From Octopus sinensis (lineage: Eukaryota), in the NCBI RefSeq assembly GCF_006345805.1, contig NC_042997.1, positions 178,188,001-178,252,000 of the forward strand: 64,000 bases of DNA. The letters run 5' to 3'. This document shows positions 37,193 through 50,168 of the stretch, piece after piece; positions within the stretch are counted from its first letter, which is position 1, and the number at the start of each line of letters is the position of its first letter. The notes below the pieces were generated by a model. That model was not told the origin of the DNA, ran no database searches, and saw nothing but the letters and a program-made list of their open reading frames with translations. Position numbers and translations under genes: made by a program.

Positions 37193-37732
37193 CAAATGGG
37201 TGCAAAAAAAAAAAAAGGGTACACTAGATAATGTAGCCCTAGATAGATTATAGTTGGAAAAAGGTCACATGGGCACAGTTTGAACATGTTTGACTATAAA
37301 CTGTGGTTAAACAATAAAATATTAACATCAAAACTCAGCTGAATTCATTCAACTGAGTTTTGATGTTAACAGGAAATTTCTAACTGTAGGTGCAAGTGTC
37401 ACTGTGTGGTTGAGAAGCTTACTTCCCAACCATATGGTCTTGGGTTCCAACCTACTGTACATACAGCACTTGGCCAACTAGTGTCTTTTGACCAAAACCT
37501 TGTGGATTAATTTGGTAAACAGGAACTGCAAAAGGCTTGTCATATACATGTATATCTATGTGTGAGCTTGTGTGTTTGCAAGTAAATGTCATCACACAAG
37601 CAATGCCATTCCTTTCTAGTCTTATATGAAAAATGTGTGGTTACAGGGAAATATAACCATATTTGAAAACAGGTGAGGGTTGGTGATAGGAAGGGCATCT
37701 AGCTGGAGAAAATCCTCCTCCTCATCCTCCTT

Positions 37733-38190
37733 TTCTACTCCAGGCACAAGGCCCGAAATTTTGGGGGAGGGAGGGGCCAGTCGATTAGATCAACACCACT
37801 ATGCAACTGTTACTTATTTTTATCGACCCTGAAAGGATGAAAGGCAAAGTCGAACTCAGCGGAATTTGAATTCAGAACGTAAAGACAGATGAAACACCTA
37901 TTTCTTTATTGCCCACAAGGGGCTAAACATAGAGGGGACAAACAAGAACAGACAAACGGATTAAGTTAATGATATCGACCCCAGTGTGTGACTGGTACTT
38001 AATTTATTGACCCTGAAAGGATGAAAGGCAAAGACGACCTCAGCGGAATTTGAACTGAGAACGCAGCGGCGGACGAAATACCACAAAGCATTTCGCCCGG
38101 CGTGCTAACATTTCTGCCAGCTCGCCGCCTTCCAAATACCGCTAAGCATTTTACCAGGTGTGCTAATGTTTCTGCTAGCTCGCTTGCCTC
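37733..38190 (-). mobile_element. Family B SINE (37899-38131) nested in a related family B copy
   Basis: The host is split at gaaacacc / aaatacc. Both copies carry gaaaggatgaaaggcaaag. Confidence 0.8.
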
Positions 38191-39563
38191 CTCCTTCTCA
38201 TCATTTATTGTCTGCTCTCTATGCTGGCACAGGTTGGATGTTTCGACAAGGAGCTGTCCAAACTCCAATTGTCTGTTGTGGCATGGTTTCTATGGTTGGA
38301 TGCCCTTCCTAACACCAACCACTTAGCTGAGTGTGATGGGTGCTTTTTACGTGCCACCAGCAAGGGTGTGTTAATGCAGCACTGGCACAAGTGCTTTTCA
38401 AGTGGCACCAACACAAATTCTGTCTGACCCATGCAGGCATGGAAAAGTGCACATTAAGTGAGGATGATGACAAAACAACTTATCTAACCATATATAGTAA
38501 TGCTTGCAGAATATAAGTCAAATTGTTATGAGGAATTGAAGGTCCATATCTTTGGCTCTTATTCCTGTGCCAACCTGTTAAATATAAACAGAAGCAAAAG
38601 TTACAGAAAAACAAACAAAAAAAGAAGCACTAGTGATGACTAGTAAAGGTATAAATAAATAAATACCCCAGCCTTATATCCAATCAAATTCAAATGCCTG
38701 AATATAAAATTGTAGCTTAAAGGTAAAATAGATGACGAGCAAGTAAAAATATGGTTTTAATTAAGCTTAATTAAGCTGGAGATTACTAGAAGCAGCTGAG
38801 AAGTCCTGTTAGTTAAATAATAAAAATCACTGATGTTGGTGGTGGTGGCGTAGTAAGAGAGGTGGTGTGGGAGGGAGGCAAGTGACATTATGATAATTGA
38901 AGTTCACAGTGGCAGAACATCTGATGCTGTTAACAAAGAAATAATCACTTTGGATTAAAAATAATATGGAAAGACAAATAGTGGCAAGTGTTTCAAGTAA
39001 TCCAATGCCTAAAATCTAATTTTAATTACACATACACACATAGATGGGTGTATGTGTGAGGGTTATTTTTCTCTTTTATTTGTTTCAGTCATTTGACTGC
39101 GGCCATGCTGGAGCACCACCTTTAGTCGAGCAAATCGAGCCCAGTACTTATTCTATTGGTCTCTATTGCTGAACCGCTAAGTTACGGGGACATAAACACA
39201 CCACCATCGGTTGTCAAGCAATGTTGGGGGGACAAACACAGGCACAAAAACATATACACACGCATACATATATATATATATATATACATATATACAACGG
39301 GCTTCTTTCAGTTTCCATCTACCAAATCCACTCACAAGGCTTTAGTCGGCCTGAGGCTATAGCAGAAGACACTTGCCCAAGGTGCCACGCAGTGGGAATG
39401 AACCCGGAACCATGTGGTTGGTAAGCAAGCTGTCAAACAATTTGATAAATTCACTTGGTGTGTAGTAATGAAGAATCTAAAGTTCCTGGTCTTTGCTGTC
39501 TGTATAAAAGAGAGAGAGAGAGAGAATGAATTATTTGTGGTTTGGCTGTAATTAGAACTAGAT

Positions 39564-39837
39564 GGACCACTGAGCTGTACTTGTCTACATCTAGGAGGGC
39601 CATTTTATTGTACTTAGTCACAGCTAGGGAAATCACTGTGCAGTATGTAAAATCTCAGGTAGGGAGAATACTGTCCAGTACCTAGAATTTCAGCAAAATG
39701 TATTACTGTGCAGGACATAAACTCTTATGTATGTAGACCACTGTGCAGTATTTAAAATCATAGGTAGGTGGACCATAGCATAATACCTGAAATCACAGTT
39801 GGGAGGACAACTCTTTAGTACCTAGCCATAGCTAGGT
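39564..39837. repeat. Highly degenerate 33-35-bp tandem repeat, ~8 units
   Basis: Consensus approximately ggaccactgtgcagtacctaaaatcacagctagg. Confidence 0.7.
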
Positions 39838-39904
39838 GGTCTGGACCATTTAAATATTTCGATCAAAGGCACATTAATACAGTGCTAGCACTAAGATATG
39901 AAAC

Positions 39905-40288
39905 AATTTCTGTAACAAGGCTTTGGTCAATGTGAAACTATGTTAGAATTTAACTCAAGGTCAGGCAGTCATAAAACAAATTTCTTAACCACACAACTGT
40001 ATGTACAGAGTGTGTCAAACTAGACAATGGAAGAAGTCCACCAGCCAAGGAAAGATGTAGTTTGAGAGGCCATTGTTTGCTTTGCCATATAATATTTCAT
40101 TACAAAGAAAAATTTTAAAAACTTACCTAGTTCTAAGACACAAAGTAACATGCTTCTGAAGTGTTCATATTTAAATTGAAACTACCCTTCATAATTTAAT
40201 TTATAAGAACTTTTTAAGCTATGTTCTGGCTAAATAATTAAGTCCTAAATTTTTCATTATTTTCAAATTTATTTGAAAAATATGAGCT
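39905..40288 (+). repeat. ~380-bp direct duplication, copy 2
   Basis: Highly similar to 36812-37192. Confidence 0.92.
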
Positions 40289-42381
40289 GTAATGTAATGT
40301 TTAGAACCCTATTGGCTTTGAAAATTCTTTCTCCACATACTGAGTTAGTTGATTAGTAAGAAATGCCAAAAGTGAGTAGATTTACGACTCCTATGTGAAA
40401 ATTGGTCACATTAGAAAATTCTTCTGTATGGCCAACAAGAGGAGGGATATCGCGGCAAAAGAAAACCTCTCCTTAGATATAAGGATAAGTTGAAGCAATC
40501 ACTAAAATCTCAACAGCTTAACCTGACATCTTGGGAACATCATTGCCTAGATTGATCTGCATGGCATAAAATGTACCACAACACAACCAAACAATGAGAG
40601 TTGAAGAAAAAGAACAATAATACTACATCCCACAACCAACAGACACACTTGACCAATCCCTGGCAAAAATCAAAATCATCAATGTCCTGATTGCGACTAC
40701 ATAGTAAAATCCATACTTGGACTGAAATTACATTCACGCATCCATCATAAACAGATGCAGCTTCTTAGTTTTTTTCTTTTTTTTTTTCTATTACTCTCTT
40801 TAATTTTAAGTCCTTTCCTTGAAACACTCATACGTCGAAAACAACAGGAGTGACCATTATATGAAAAAAGAAGTGGAAAAGTTTAGTCAAGAGCAAATGG
40901 TTCCATGAGAATATAGAAATAGATGTTATAAATACAGACATGTAATTTTTACAAACAATTTCTTAAACACACACACATACAAATGCAACTGATATCACAA
41001 TTTCTAATCTACTCTTATAGTCTCCCATCCCAACATTCTCACAAGAGCATAAATGACGCCAATGAAATTCCTTCAACAGGAGGTCAAAGCTAGGCTGCAG
41101 AACCATTCCTTTGAGAAAAACATAGTTGAAAACCAAAACAGAGTGAATGAGAAAGACTGTATGTAGGTGTTTGACCTGACTGGGTGGTCGCTACATGTCT
41201 ACTTGACTTGCAAAAAATGTTAGCCAAGTTTGTAGTACTTAGTTAAATTACAAATAGATAAAAAAAAAAGTGCGTTCACTGGATAATATAGTCCTATATT
41301 CACTATGTTCAACAACAACAACAACACAAAGAAAGGGGATGGTCATGGCTAGAATACTTTTGGTGAAAGGACTGCTTGATCATGGCTCACCTGTGGTTAA
41401 ACACTAGCAATAAAAACAAAATCATATTTTTTTACGACAAAGTTTGGCCATGAAAATAAACAACTGCGTACATTACAAATTTGATATTGCCAGATGATGG
41501 ATGACTTTTGTTAGGAACCACCCCCCAGAGTATAATAACCATTTCTAACACAGACAGACACAATGCCACAATATTGGGCAAGGCAGCAGTCGATTAAATC
41601 AACATATTTTATCAGCCTTGAATGGAAAGAAGGCAAAATTGAATGGCACCAGGCCAAACAATTTTTGTTTTGGAGGAGAAAAAGTAGTTGATTAACCTTT
41701 ACAGGACTATATTTTTAATGATCAGACTGCCTATGTGTTTCAATTAATTTCAAATAGAATCAAGATTTTGTGGGGGTTTAATGATACATCTTTAACTTGG
41801 TATACTAGCATATATTATGCCAGTATTAAACTAAAACTTTAACTATTCATGGTATGAGGTTCTGAGATTTTAATATAAAGGCAGTCTTCGAAATTTGTAT
41901 GTTTAATTTTTTCTCTCTCCCTGTTCTGTGTGTGGAGATTAAAATAGTTTTTGTGTGTATGTACAGGGCAGTCTTCAGAATTTGTCTGTTCAAATTGTTC
42001 ATACTCTTTAGACTTTCTAAAAATCAAAGAGCACAAAAGCCAGACATACAAATCTTAGGGAGTGCCCATAAATACAAACTATTGACTATGAGCTGTCTCA
42101 GGTATGCTGGTAGTGCAATAGGTGACTAGATCTTATTTAATCAATACTTGAAGGATGAAAGAGCGCACAAACAATACAATGATGTAACTAAACACAAAAA
42201 GATAATTTATGTGGTACCATACTGATTTTACCATCCACTGCTAACACAGATATAAGGTCCCTTACCTTGCAGTCGACTGTACAGACTCCAGTATTTGACA
42301 GGTACTTGTTTCATAAACACAAGAAGGATGAAAGGCAAAGTCTACCAAGAACTTACAGAATATGAATCCACTGCTATAATA

Positions 42382-42887
42382 CTGTAAATCCTCGAGTATA
42401 GTTCGCAGGGGATTTTTAGGGGCTTGTACCTCTGAAAAACCTAAACCTTGTGTATAATACGCACTCCTTCTCTAACTTAAGTCGTGTGTAATTAAGCCAG
42501 CAGCACCTAGTCGAACAAGTACACTTCCACGCATGCGTAATACAGTAATGGTGATGTTCTTAACTGTTATTTGGGAATGTAAATATGTTTGCAAATTGTT
42601 TTTGTTATATGTTATTCTGTGTTCTGAATACTTTGATTTTAATAAATGTTGCTTACTGCAAGTTGTGGATGATTCTTTTATGACTTCATTACTTTCAGGC
42701 TTAGCTTAAGGTATTTTCGTGCCCGACATCAGAAAATGCATCTGAATAAACCTTGCCGGACAGCAAATAGAGACTCGGACATTGCTTAGAAAATAATTTT
42801 CATTTTTAACCTCGTATATAGTACGCACTAGGGATTTGACCTTTAAATTTTGGGAAAAAAATGCGGATTATACTTGAAGATTTACGG
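42382..42887. mobile_element. pogo/Tigger-type MITE
   Basis: TA|ctgtaaatcctcgagtata ... tatacttgaagatttacgg|TA. CpGs retained. Confidence 0.8.
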
Positions 42888-43089
42888 TAGTATTTTTAAA
42901 AATTTGACACAAATCTTATTTCTGTAGAAATGTATATAGTTAATTAATTAAACAAAGATTGACAGAACCATTATATTGTTATTGATATCACATAGAGGAG
43001 GTTGCTTCTTTTCCATTCACCAAAGTGAATGGAACTTTGGCCAGGAAGAACTGATGTCATCACCCTCCCAATGATGGGTCAGCAGAGGT

Positions 43090-43358
43090 GGCCATATCAC
43101 TGTTCATCATCTCCTCTTGGCTTCCAGCATAACTTTTCTCTCTTGCTTCATAGCCAGTTAGAGGCTCTTTCTGATGCCTCTTCTATCCTGCACTCAGTCA
43201 CCCTTCACTCATTTCCTTTCATTCCAATGGCTGTAAGCATCTTCCATACCTTCTGGACAGGGAATCCCCTACAGCTAACCTTGACTAGGAAAAGCAATGA
43301 CTGCAATCCCCTCTCCCTGCAATCCAGCAGAAGGATCTCATACTTGGAACACTTCGAT
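43090..43358 (-). mobile_element. C-terminal restriction-like endonuclease remnant of an R2/Hero-type non-LTR element
   Basis: KCSKYEILLLDCRERG...VKVSCRGF...LTAIGMKG...EEASERASNWL resembles the K..KY..L...C...G..PVEVGCRGF...EAAE.AS.WLW pattern. Confidence 0.7.
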
Positions 43359-43646
43359 TTGTGTGTGTGTGTGTGTGTACATATGGCTGGCTTCTGTGCC
43401 GGTGGCATGTTAAAAGCTCCAACCGATTGTGGCCGATGCCGGACCCCCCTGGCACCTGTGCAGGTGGCATGTAAAAAGCACCCACTACACTCGAGGAGTG
43501 GTTGGCGTTAGGAAGGGCATCCAGCTGTAGAAACTCTGCCAGATCAGACTGGAGCCTGGTGCAGCCCCTGGCTTTCCAGACCCTGGTCGAACCGTCCAAC
43601 CCGTGCTGGCACGGAAAACGGACGTTAAACGATGATGATGATGATA

Positions 43647-44001
43647 CTAGCAGTATAGCCTAGCGTTGCTCAGGTTTGCTTTCTTTTCGACTCTTTGGAA
43701 TTGGAATTTTTTGAAAAGTAAAAATTATGCATTATGCAGCTTTTTATTCTCTTTAAGTGAACATTTTTCTGGTTGAAATACACTGAAAAATGGCAACACA
43801 GCAATCAAAAAATCGTAAAAAACAGAGATTTTCATATGGTCCGATTTGAAACTTTTCTTCTAAGGAATGAAGAGCAAGCCTTCTTCTATCATACTCTCAA
43901 TTTTGGTCAACTCAACTTGCACCGAAGGGTCTCAGAGGATATAGTGTTAGTTGAAGGCTACCAAACTTGCCACACATACACAACTTCAGCTTTATATATA
44001 T
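43647..44001 (-). mobile_element. Non-autonomous Helitron, older copy
   Basis: Degenerate 3' hairpin plus CTAG. The 5' end tatatataaagctgaagttg resembles the 9460-9857 copy. Confidence 0.75.
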
Positions 44002-44289
44002 AACCATTGCAAAGGTAAAAAATGAAAACACTTGATTACATTCTTCTATTCTTTTGTTTTGAGTGTCATTCTTAGGTTACACTAAGTTTTCAAATCCACT
44101 CTGGTATTATGTACAGTACTAAAAAAAGTACAGCCAGCTACCATTTGCAAGTGATTATAGCTTGGTAACATGTACTGTGCCATTGCAAATTGTTTTAGGT
44201 GCCTAAGTAGTTATGGGGATGTAAACAAAATACCAGTTATCAAGCAGTGGTGGGGAACAAACACAGACACACATGTACACAGATATATA

Positions 44290-45483
44290 TTGGGTCATCC
44301 CATAGATAAAGTGTTTTTTTTTTAATTGCATGAACTAAAAGTTGGAGGGGAATGGGATAAACTACCTGCAACAACTTGCTATAAAAGCAGGTAGTAATTT
44401 TACCGTATGCTTATTCTTAGTGCAGTTCAATTTTAACAGTTACTTTTTTCAAGCTACAATGGAAGTGACAAAGGAGCATATTTGGCATATTTTGCTTTAT
44501 GAGTTCAATAAAGGCAACAATGCAATAGAAAGTGTGAGGAATATTAATGCAGTATATGGGGATTGGACAATAAGCATAAGCCAGTGTCAATGGTAGTTAC
44601 AGAAACTTTGAGCTGGAAACAACAGTCTAGAAGATGAGCCTCATTCTGAAAGATCTGTAGAGCTCAACAAGGATGTCCTATAAACCCTGGTAAAACAAAA
44701 TCCCATTGTAACTGTTGAAGAACTAGCAGAGAAGCTTGGATTTGGTCATTCAAGCAGTCATCGACACCTGCGTGCCATCGGAAAAGTCAGCAAATTGGGT
44801 CGATGGGTTCCTCACAAACTTTCTGAGAGAGAATGTGTGTTCTATTTTGGACCAAATAGTGACTGGTGACAAGAAGTGGGTTCTCTATAAAAATGTCAAG
44901 TGCAGAAGACAGTGGGGAGGGAAAGGAGAAACACCAGCATCCCAGGCTAAAGAAGGTCTTCACCCACGTAAAGTGTTGTTATCTGTTTGGTGAGATATGA
45001 AACATTTAGTCCACTTTGAACTTTTAAACCCAAACCAAACAATAACAAAGGAGATCAACTGTGAGCAGCCTGAGTGGCTTAAGTCTGCACTAGAAGAAAA
45101 ACGACCATCTTTGGTTTCAGAATGAAAGGTGTTCTTCCATTAGGATAATGCTCGGCCACATACAGCAAGGATGACATTCCAAAGGTTGGAGCAGATTGAA
45201 TGCCCCACCCACCATATTCACTGGACATTACCCCACCTGGTTATCACTTATTCCACAGTCTTCAAAATCATTTGGACAGAAAAAATATGAATTCTGTAGA
45301 CGAGGTCAGAACAGTATTGGAGGAGTATTTTCCATCACGGACAAGTGAATTTTGTAAGACTACCAGATGGAAGAGCATTGTAGAAAATGACGGAGAGTAT
45401 ATTTTAGACTAAAAAAGAACTTTGTTTATCTTAATTTTGAAAAATAAAGTATAAAAAACCGTATTATTTATGGGATAACCTAA
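44290..45483 (+). mobile_element. Near full-length, dead mariner transposon inserted in a family A SINE
   Basis: TA-flanked TIRs ttgggtcatcccata / tatgggataacctaa, ~1.2 kb. Confidence 0.93.
44459..45412 (+). pseudogene. Mariner (DD34D) transposase pseudogene
   Basis: MEVTKEHI.HILLYEF, WVPHKL, IVTGDKKW, HPRKVLLSVW, DNARPH and PHPPYSLDI..YHLF motifs, with multiple stops and frameshifts. Confidence 0.92.
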
Positions 45484-47313
45484 TACACACACATTAGGAT
45501 AACCTAATACACTCCCAAATTCATTCAAGGCATTGGTTGTCCTGGGGCTACAGTAAAAAACACTTGCCCAAGGTGCCACAAAGTGGAACTGCCCGAAACC
45601 ATATGGTTGCAAAGTGAGCTTCTTAACCATACAGCCATGCCAAAGTACAGAAACTGTAGAAGAAAACAAATTTAAGGATGGCAGATATAAAAGAAAGAAC
45701 AGCATGAAGAAGTCAATAAAAATCTGAAGGAAAATGGAATAAATAGATATCTTAAGGCATAAGCTATGAGAAATAGAAAAATCAAATTCTTTATGTAAGA
45801 GCAAACAATGAACCATTCAGTGAAGTGAATATTGAACCATATCACTGTGGAGAACTGGACAAGTGCCAGTTGTATAACAAAATATTTTACAGCAGAAACA
45901 CAAAGTGATAGCTGTTTTAGCAATTATTGTCTCAAAGGCAGACCACCAGTGCCAAAATGACTAGAATTTCTTCTATACTAAGTATCTCCCATAAGTAGTC
46001 CTCAAAATCCATATCACCTAAACTTCAAAGAAAACACAAGGTCACAAAATTCAACTTATTTTCTATCAATGAGAGCCTAAATTTTAGAACTTCCAAAAAG
46101 AAGACCTTACTGTTTCAGAGTACTCAGACACATATTGTAGGAGCTTATATTCACATTCAACCAATGGTCAACGTAGACAATATGTTCTACTTTAAGTTGT
46201 AACTAGTAACTGTGCTAATGAAAAGTACATTTCAGAAATTATTGCACTGTATTTCTTAGCATTTTTAATACATTTAATAAGTAGGATATAGATATTTGAA
46301 GTCATTATTGATGGCATAGTTACACTAGTGTATGAAACAAATATTCTAATTTAAAGAGCTTGAGATAGACTTCTTGAGAATTTTAGTAAGGAAATCTGTA
46401 ATATATCAAGATTTTTGACACCATCAGCTAACACTTAAGATATTTTATATGAGAGAGAGAGGATAAATAGATTTTAACAGGGTAATTTGGAAGCTAAAAT
46501 ATGACACAGAACAACTAGAAATAATTGTACAATCAGACAGGGTCAAGTTTGTTTATCTAGGGTCCAGAACAGCTAAAAAATAGACAGTATCAGAAAATGT
46601 AAATTAAGGATGAAAAAAAAAATTTTCTGTAAACTTTCATTGTTTCTCTTAGTATAAAATTGTAGTGAGAAGAAAAATAAAGACATGTAATCCTAGATAC
46701 ACTATGTCTAGAGAAAGCATGGGGACTGTCAAGCTGCAACATTTTATCTGTATGCTTAGGGGCCCCATGACGATAACTAATTTCTCTCTAGTACTACATT
46801 ATACTATGTTTTGAGATATGTTCACTCCTTCACCTCCAACATTTTTCTAACAATTAATTACCAACAACTGCTAATTCAAGTTATATATTAATTACACTGA
46901 ACACATGAAGGAACTTTTCTATCTTTTACTAACAAGCTAAGGAAAGTGAATAGAATACCTTTCTGAAACATACAAGAAGTAAATAACAATATGTAAAGTT
47001 CAGAACTAATAATTTTATATTACAATTAATTAACTAGGAAATAGTAAAGATCAATCATGAAAACATGCCTGATTACTAATGATAAATTATCCAAATAATG
47101 GGACGTGCTGTTAGGAAATGAACCAAAATATATTTAGTGCTTAGTTATGGAAATTGAAACCATCAGCTTCGTGTCTGTCTCCTGCGTTTAATACTGACAT
47201 ATAATACAAAGAGTGAGCATTATAAGCACCAATTGAGACAGACAGACAGACAGACAGACACACACACACACACACACACAAAAATTAACTGTAAATCTAT
47301 CACTTGTTACTCA

Positions 47314-47546
47314 TAAGGTGGTGAGCTGGCAGAAACGTTAGCACTCCGGGCGAAATGTGTAGCCGTATTTCGTCTGCCGCTACATTCTGACTCAAATTCC
47401 GCCGAGGTCGACTTTGCCTTTCATCCTTTCGGGGTCGATAAATTAAGTACCAGTTACACACTGGGGTCAATGTAATCGACTTAATCCGTTTGTCTGTCCT
47501 TGTTTGACCCCTCTGTGTTTAGCCCCTTATGGATAGTAAAGAAATA
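47314..47546 (+). mobile_element. Family B SINE with 16-bp TSD tatcacttgttactca
   Basis: TSD at 47298-47313 and 47547-47562. Confidence 0.9.
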
Positions 47547-48316
47547 TATCACTTGTTACTCAATCATGTTATCGGTTATACAAAAGAGCACCTGATAATT
47601 CTTCTTAAATTCATCATCATTATTTAATGTCCAATTTTTTGTTGAGAATGGTTTTCTATAACCAGATACCCTTCCTGTTGCCAACCCTTAAGTGTTTCTG
47701 AACAAGATAATATCTCTCCATGGTTAGACATGTTTTCTGTGTAAGATTGGAAATGAACACCACTTGTATTATGGTGATGCTCATTTACAATCAACACATA
47801 ATGTCATGACAAGGGTACACAGAATCAAACACACACACACATTGGGCTTCTTTCAGTTTCCCCTAAACCAAATCCACTTTGGGTCAGCCTGGGGCAAAAG
47901 TAGAAGACACTTACCCAAAGTGCTGCACAGTAGGACTGAACCCAAAACTACTTGGTTGAGAAACAAGCTTCTTGACCACACAGCTACACCTGTGCCTAAA
48001 CTATGTACTATAAATACATTTTTTGGGGCTATTTTACCTTTATAATTTTAGCTCCACAAAATAATTCATCTCCCACTTTGTGCTGGTATGATAAGTAAGC
48101 TAACTTATCTAATGCCTAATATAGAGATGACTAACTTCATTTCAATGTTTGTGATGAGGAAGAAGCTCACAAATCAGATATTATAATCAACTGTAAAGGT
48201 TTTTAAATGCTTGTACATTATAACACCAAATTTGAGAGACAAAAAAGAGCAACAGGAGCAGTGAAACAACTGTTGCTCCTATTCTCTCTCAACTGCTGCT
48301 TATAATACCTCATGTC

Positions 48317-48366
<50 letters not shown>

Positions 48367-48367
<1 letters not shown>

Positions 48368-48580
48368 AGACCCTTCTGTCCGAGTCAGACGTCATGATAG
48401 ATTGTTAGCCACTACACACATTTTTTTCTTTCCTTGTTTTTTTCTGTGTCCCTTTCTGCAGAAGAGTGTAGGCTCGAAATGTAAAAGACTTTTTCTATTC
48501 CTGAGCGTTATACTAATACATCTGTTTGTTTTGTACACCACCTGTCTTCGTCTTTTGTTTTTTTTGTAAACTCTCCCTAT
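48367..48580 (+). mobile_element. Penelope-like fragment with a degenerate hammerhead-like motif, flanked by microsatellites
   Basis: cttt-ctgcaga-a-gag-tgtagg-ctc-gaaat-gta-aaag. Downstream ttcctgagcgt...taatac is shared with 17333-17475. Confidence 0.5.
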
Positions 48581-49210
48581 ATATATATATATTTATATAT
48601 ATATATATAAAATTTAATAAATTTATTAGGTTGGACAGCATTAGAATTAGCAACTATTTTAGGCTTTGACTTAAGTCTAATTTAAACAATAGATTTTGCT
48701 ATAATTAACATGAATACATATGGATGACATATGTCAGAAAAAAGCAAGCAAAAATGCTGAGTTGGTAGCAAGCAGTAACCAAGATACGTTGCAGACAAGG
48801 AAGACTTTGGATGAGATGCTGTACTTCAAGTCCAGTTTACAAAATAACAGATGAATTAGCAAATAAATTAGATTTTAATAAAATGCTTTATATTCATAGA
48901 AAATATTTAATCTAATGTAGCACAAATAGATGTGACTGAAAACTAGTGAGCAAGAAGATAGCTTAAAAACATCAGTATGTCTATTGTGTTGTGCTCCTAG
49001 ATAACATACATAATTACAAAAGGCATTAAGGGAAAACTGCTATGCAGGCAGTCAATTTGCTAAATGTAGCAGCCAAACCACTCAAATTCCATCCAAGTAT
49101 TTTTTTTTTTAAAAAAGGAAAGGACACATTGAATATTGTCCTATGTATATAAAAAAGTCAGAATGGTCAATGCTGGAATGCTTATGATCATATGCTCAAT
49201 CAGGGATCAC

Positions 49211-49429
49211 TTAACCCTTTAGATACCAACCTGGCTCTGGCTCTGTAATACAAATGTCTTGTTTTCATAAGTTTTGAATTAGAATCTTCCACCAAACTTT
49301 AGTGACAATTTATGTTCCTAACACTGGCTGAATGATAACTAAGTTATTTTACTAAATTCCTTGTTATATTTTAAGTAATTGAAAGAAACACAGAGCATCT
49401 CAAAATAAATACAGTAACGAATGGGTTAA
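49211..49429. mobile_element. piggyBac-type MITE, uninterrupted
   Basis: TTAA|ccc...ggg|TTAA. Inverted homologue of the host element at 9362-10413. Confidence 0.85.
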
Positions 49430-49625
49430 ACTGAATCAACAATAGCTAAATGGTTTGCCGTAATTAAAGATGTTCTTTTGAAATCAAGTGAACTCTATCC
49501 CCAACAAACTCCAATCCTTCCATGGAAGAATTGCAAAATCTAAATTAATGTAAATCAAGAAAAAGAAAGTTAAAAATTTTTGTTTGTCATACAAGCAGTG
49601 AAATGCTTCCTTACACTCACAGCTA

Positions 49626-49846
49626 CAAGGGTGTGCTGAAAGGTTGCTGGCTTTAAGGGTGTCATAAAAAACCTGGTTGGAGGCCCAACCTTCTGGGTTC
49701 TTTTACAGAGCTTAGGAAAACCAAAGGACCACTACAATAAGCATGTGAATCTGAGAGGGGAATATACTCAATAAAATCATAATTAACTGATCTTCTTGTA
49801 TTTTCTTTTACCCAAAGCCAGGAACTTATAAGTACACCACCCCTCG
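49626..49846. mobile_element. Mariner-derived MITE
   Basis: TA|caagggtgtgctgaaaggtt ... cacccctcg|TA. Shares its internal sequence with 49979-50168. Confidence 0.75.
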
Positions 49847-49978
49847 TATGCATGTGTGTATGTATGTATGTATGTATGTATGTATGTGTGTGTGTGTGTA
49901 TATTTATTTATTTATTCCATCTCCGTCCAACCCGTGCTAGCACGGAAAACGGACATTAAACGATGATGATCACTTGTA

Positions 49979-50168
49979 TGAGGAGGTGCTGAAAAGTTCC
50001 AGGCTTTGGGTAGAAGGAAGTACAGGAGGATCAGTTAATAATGAAAAACTGAAGGACCACTGTGATAATTGTGTGAATCTGAGAGGGGAATATGTTGAAT
50101 AAAATCATAATTATGATCCTCCTGTACTTTCCTTCACTCAAAGCCAGAAGCTTTTCAGCGCCCACTCA
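49979..50168. mobile_element. Mariner-derived MITE with extended inverted arms
   Basis: TA|tgaggaggtgctgaaaagtt ... cttttcagcgcccactca|TA. Confidence 0.75.

Noticed and set aside
40523-40556. Possible minus-strand micro-exon (atgcag|...cag|gttaag)
   Set aside because: Weak donor and no independent support.
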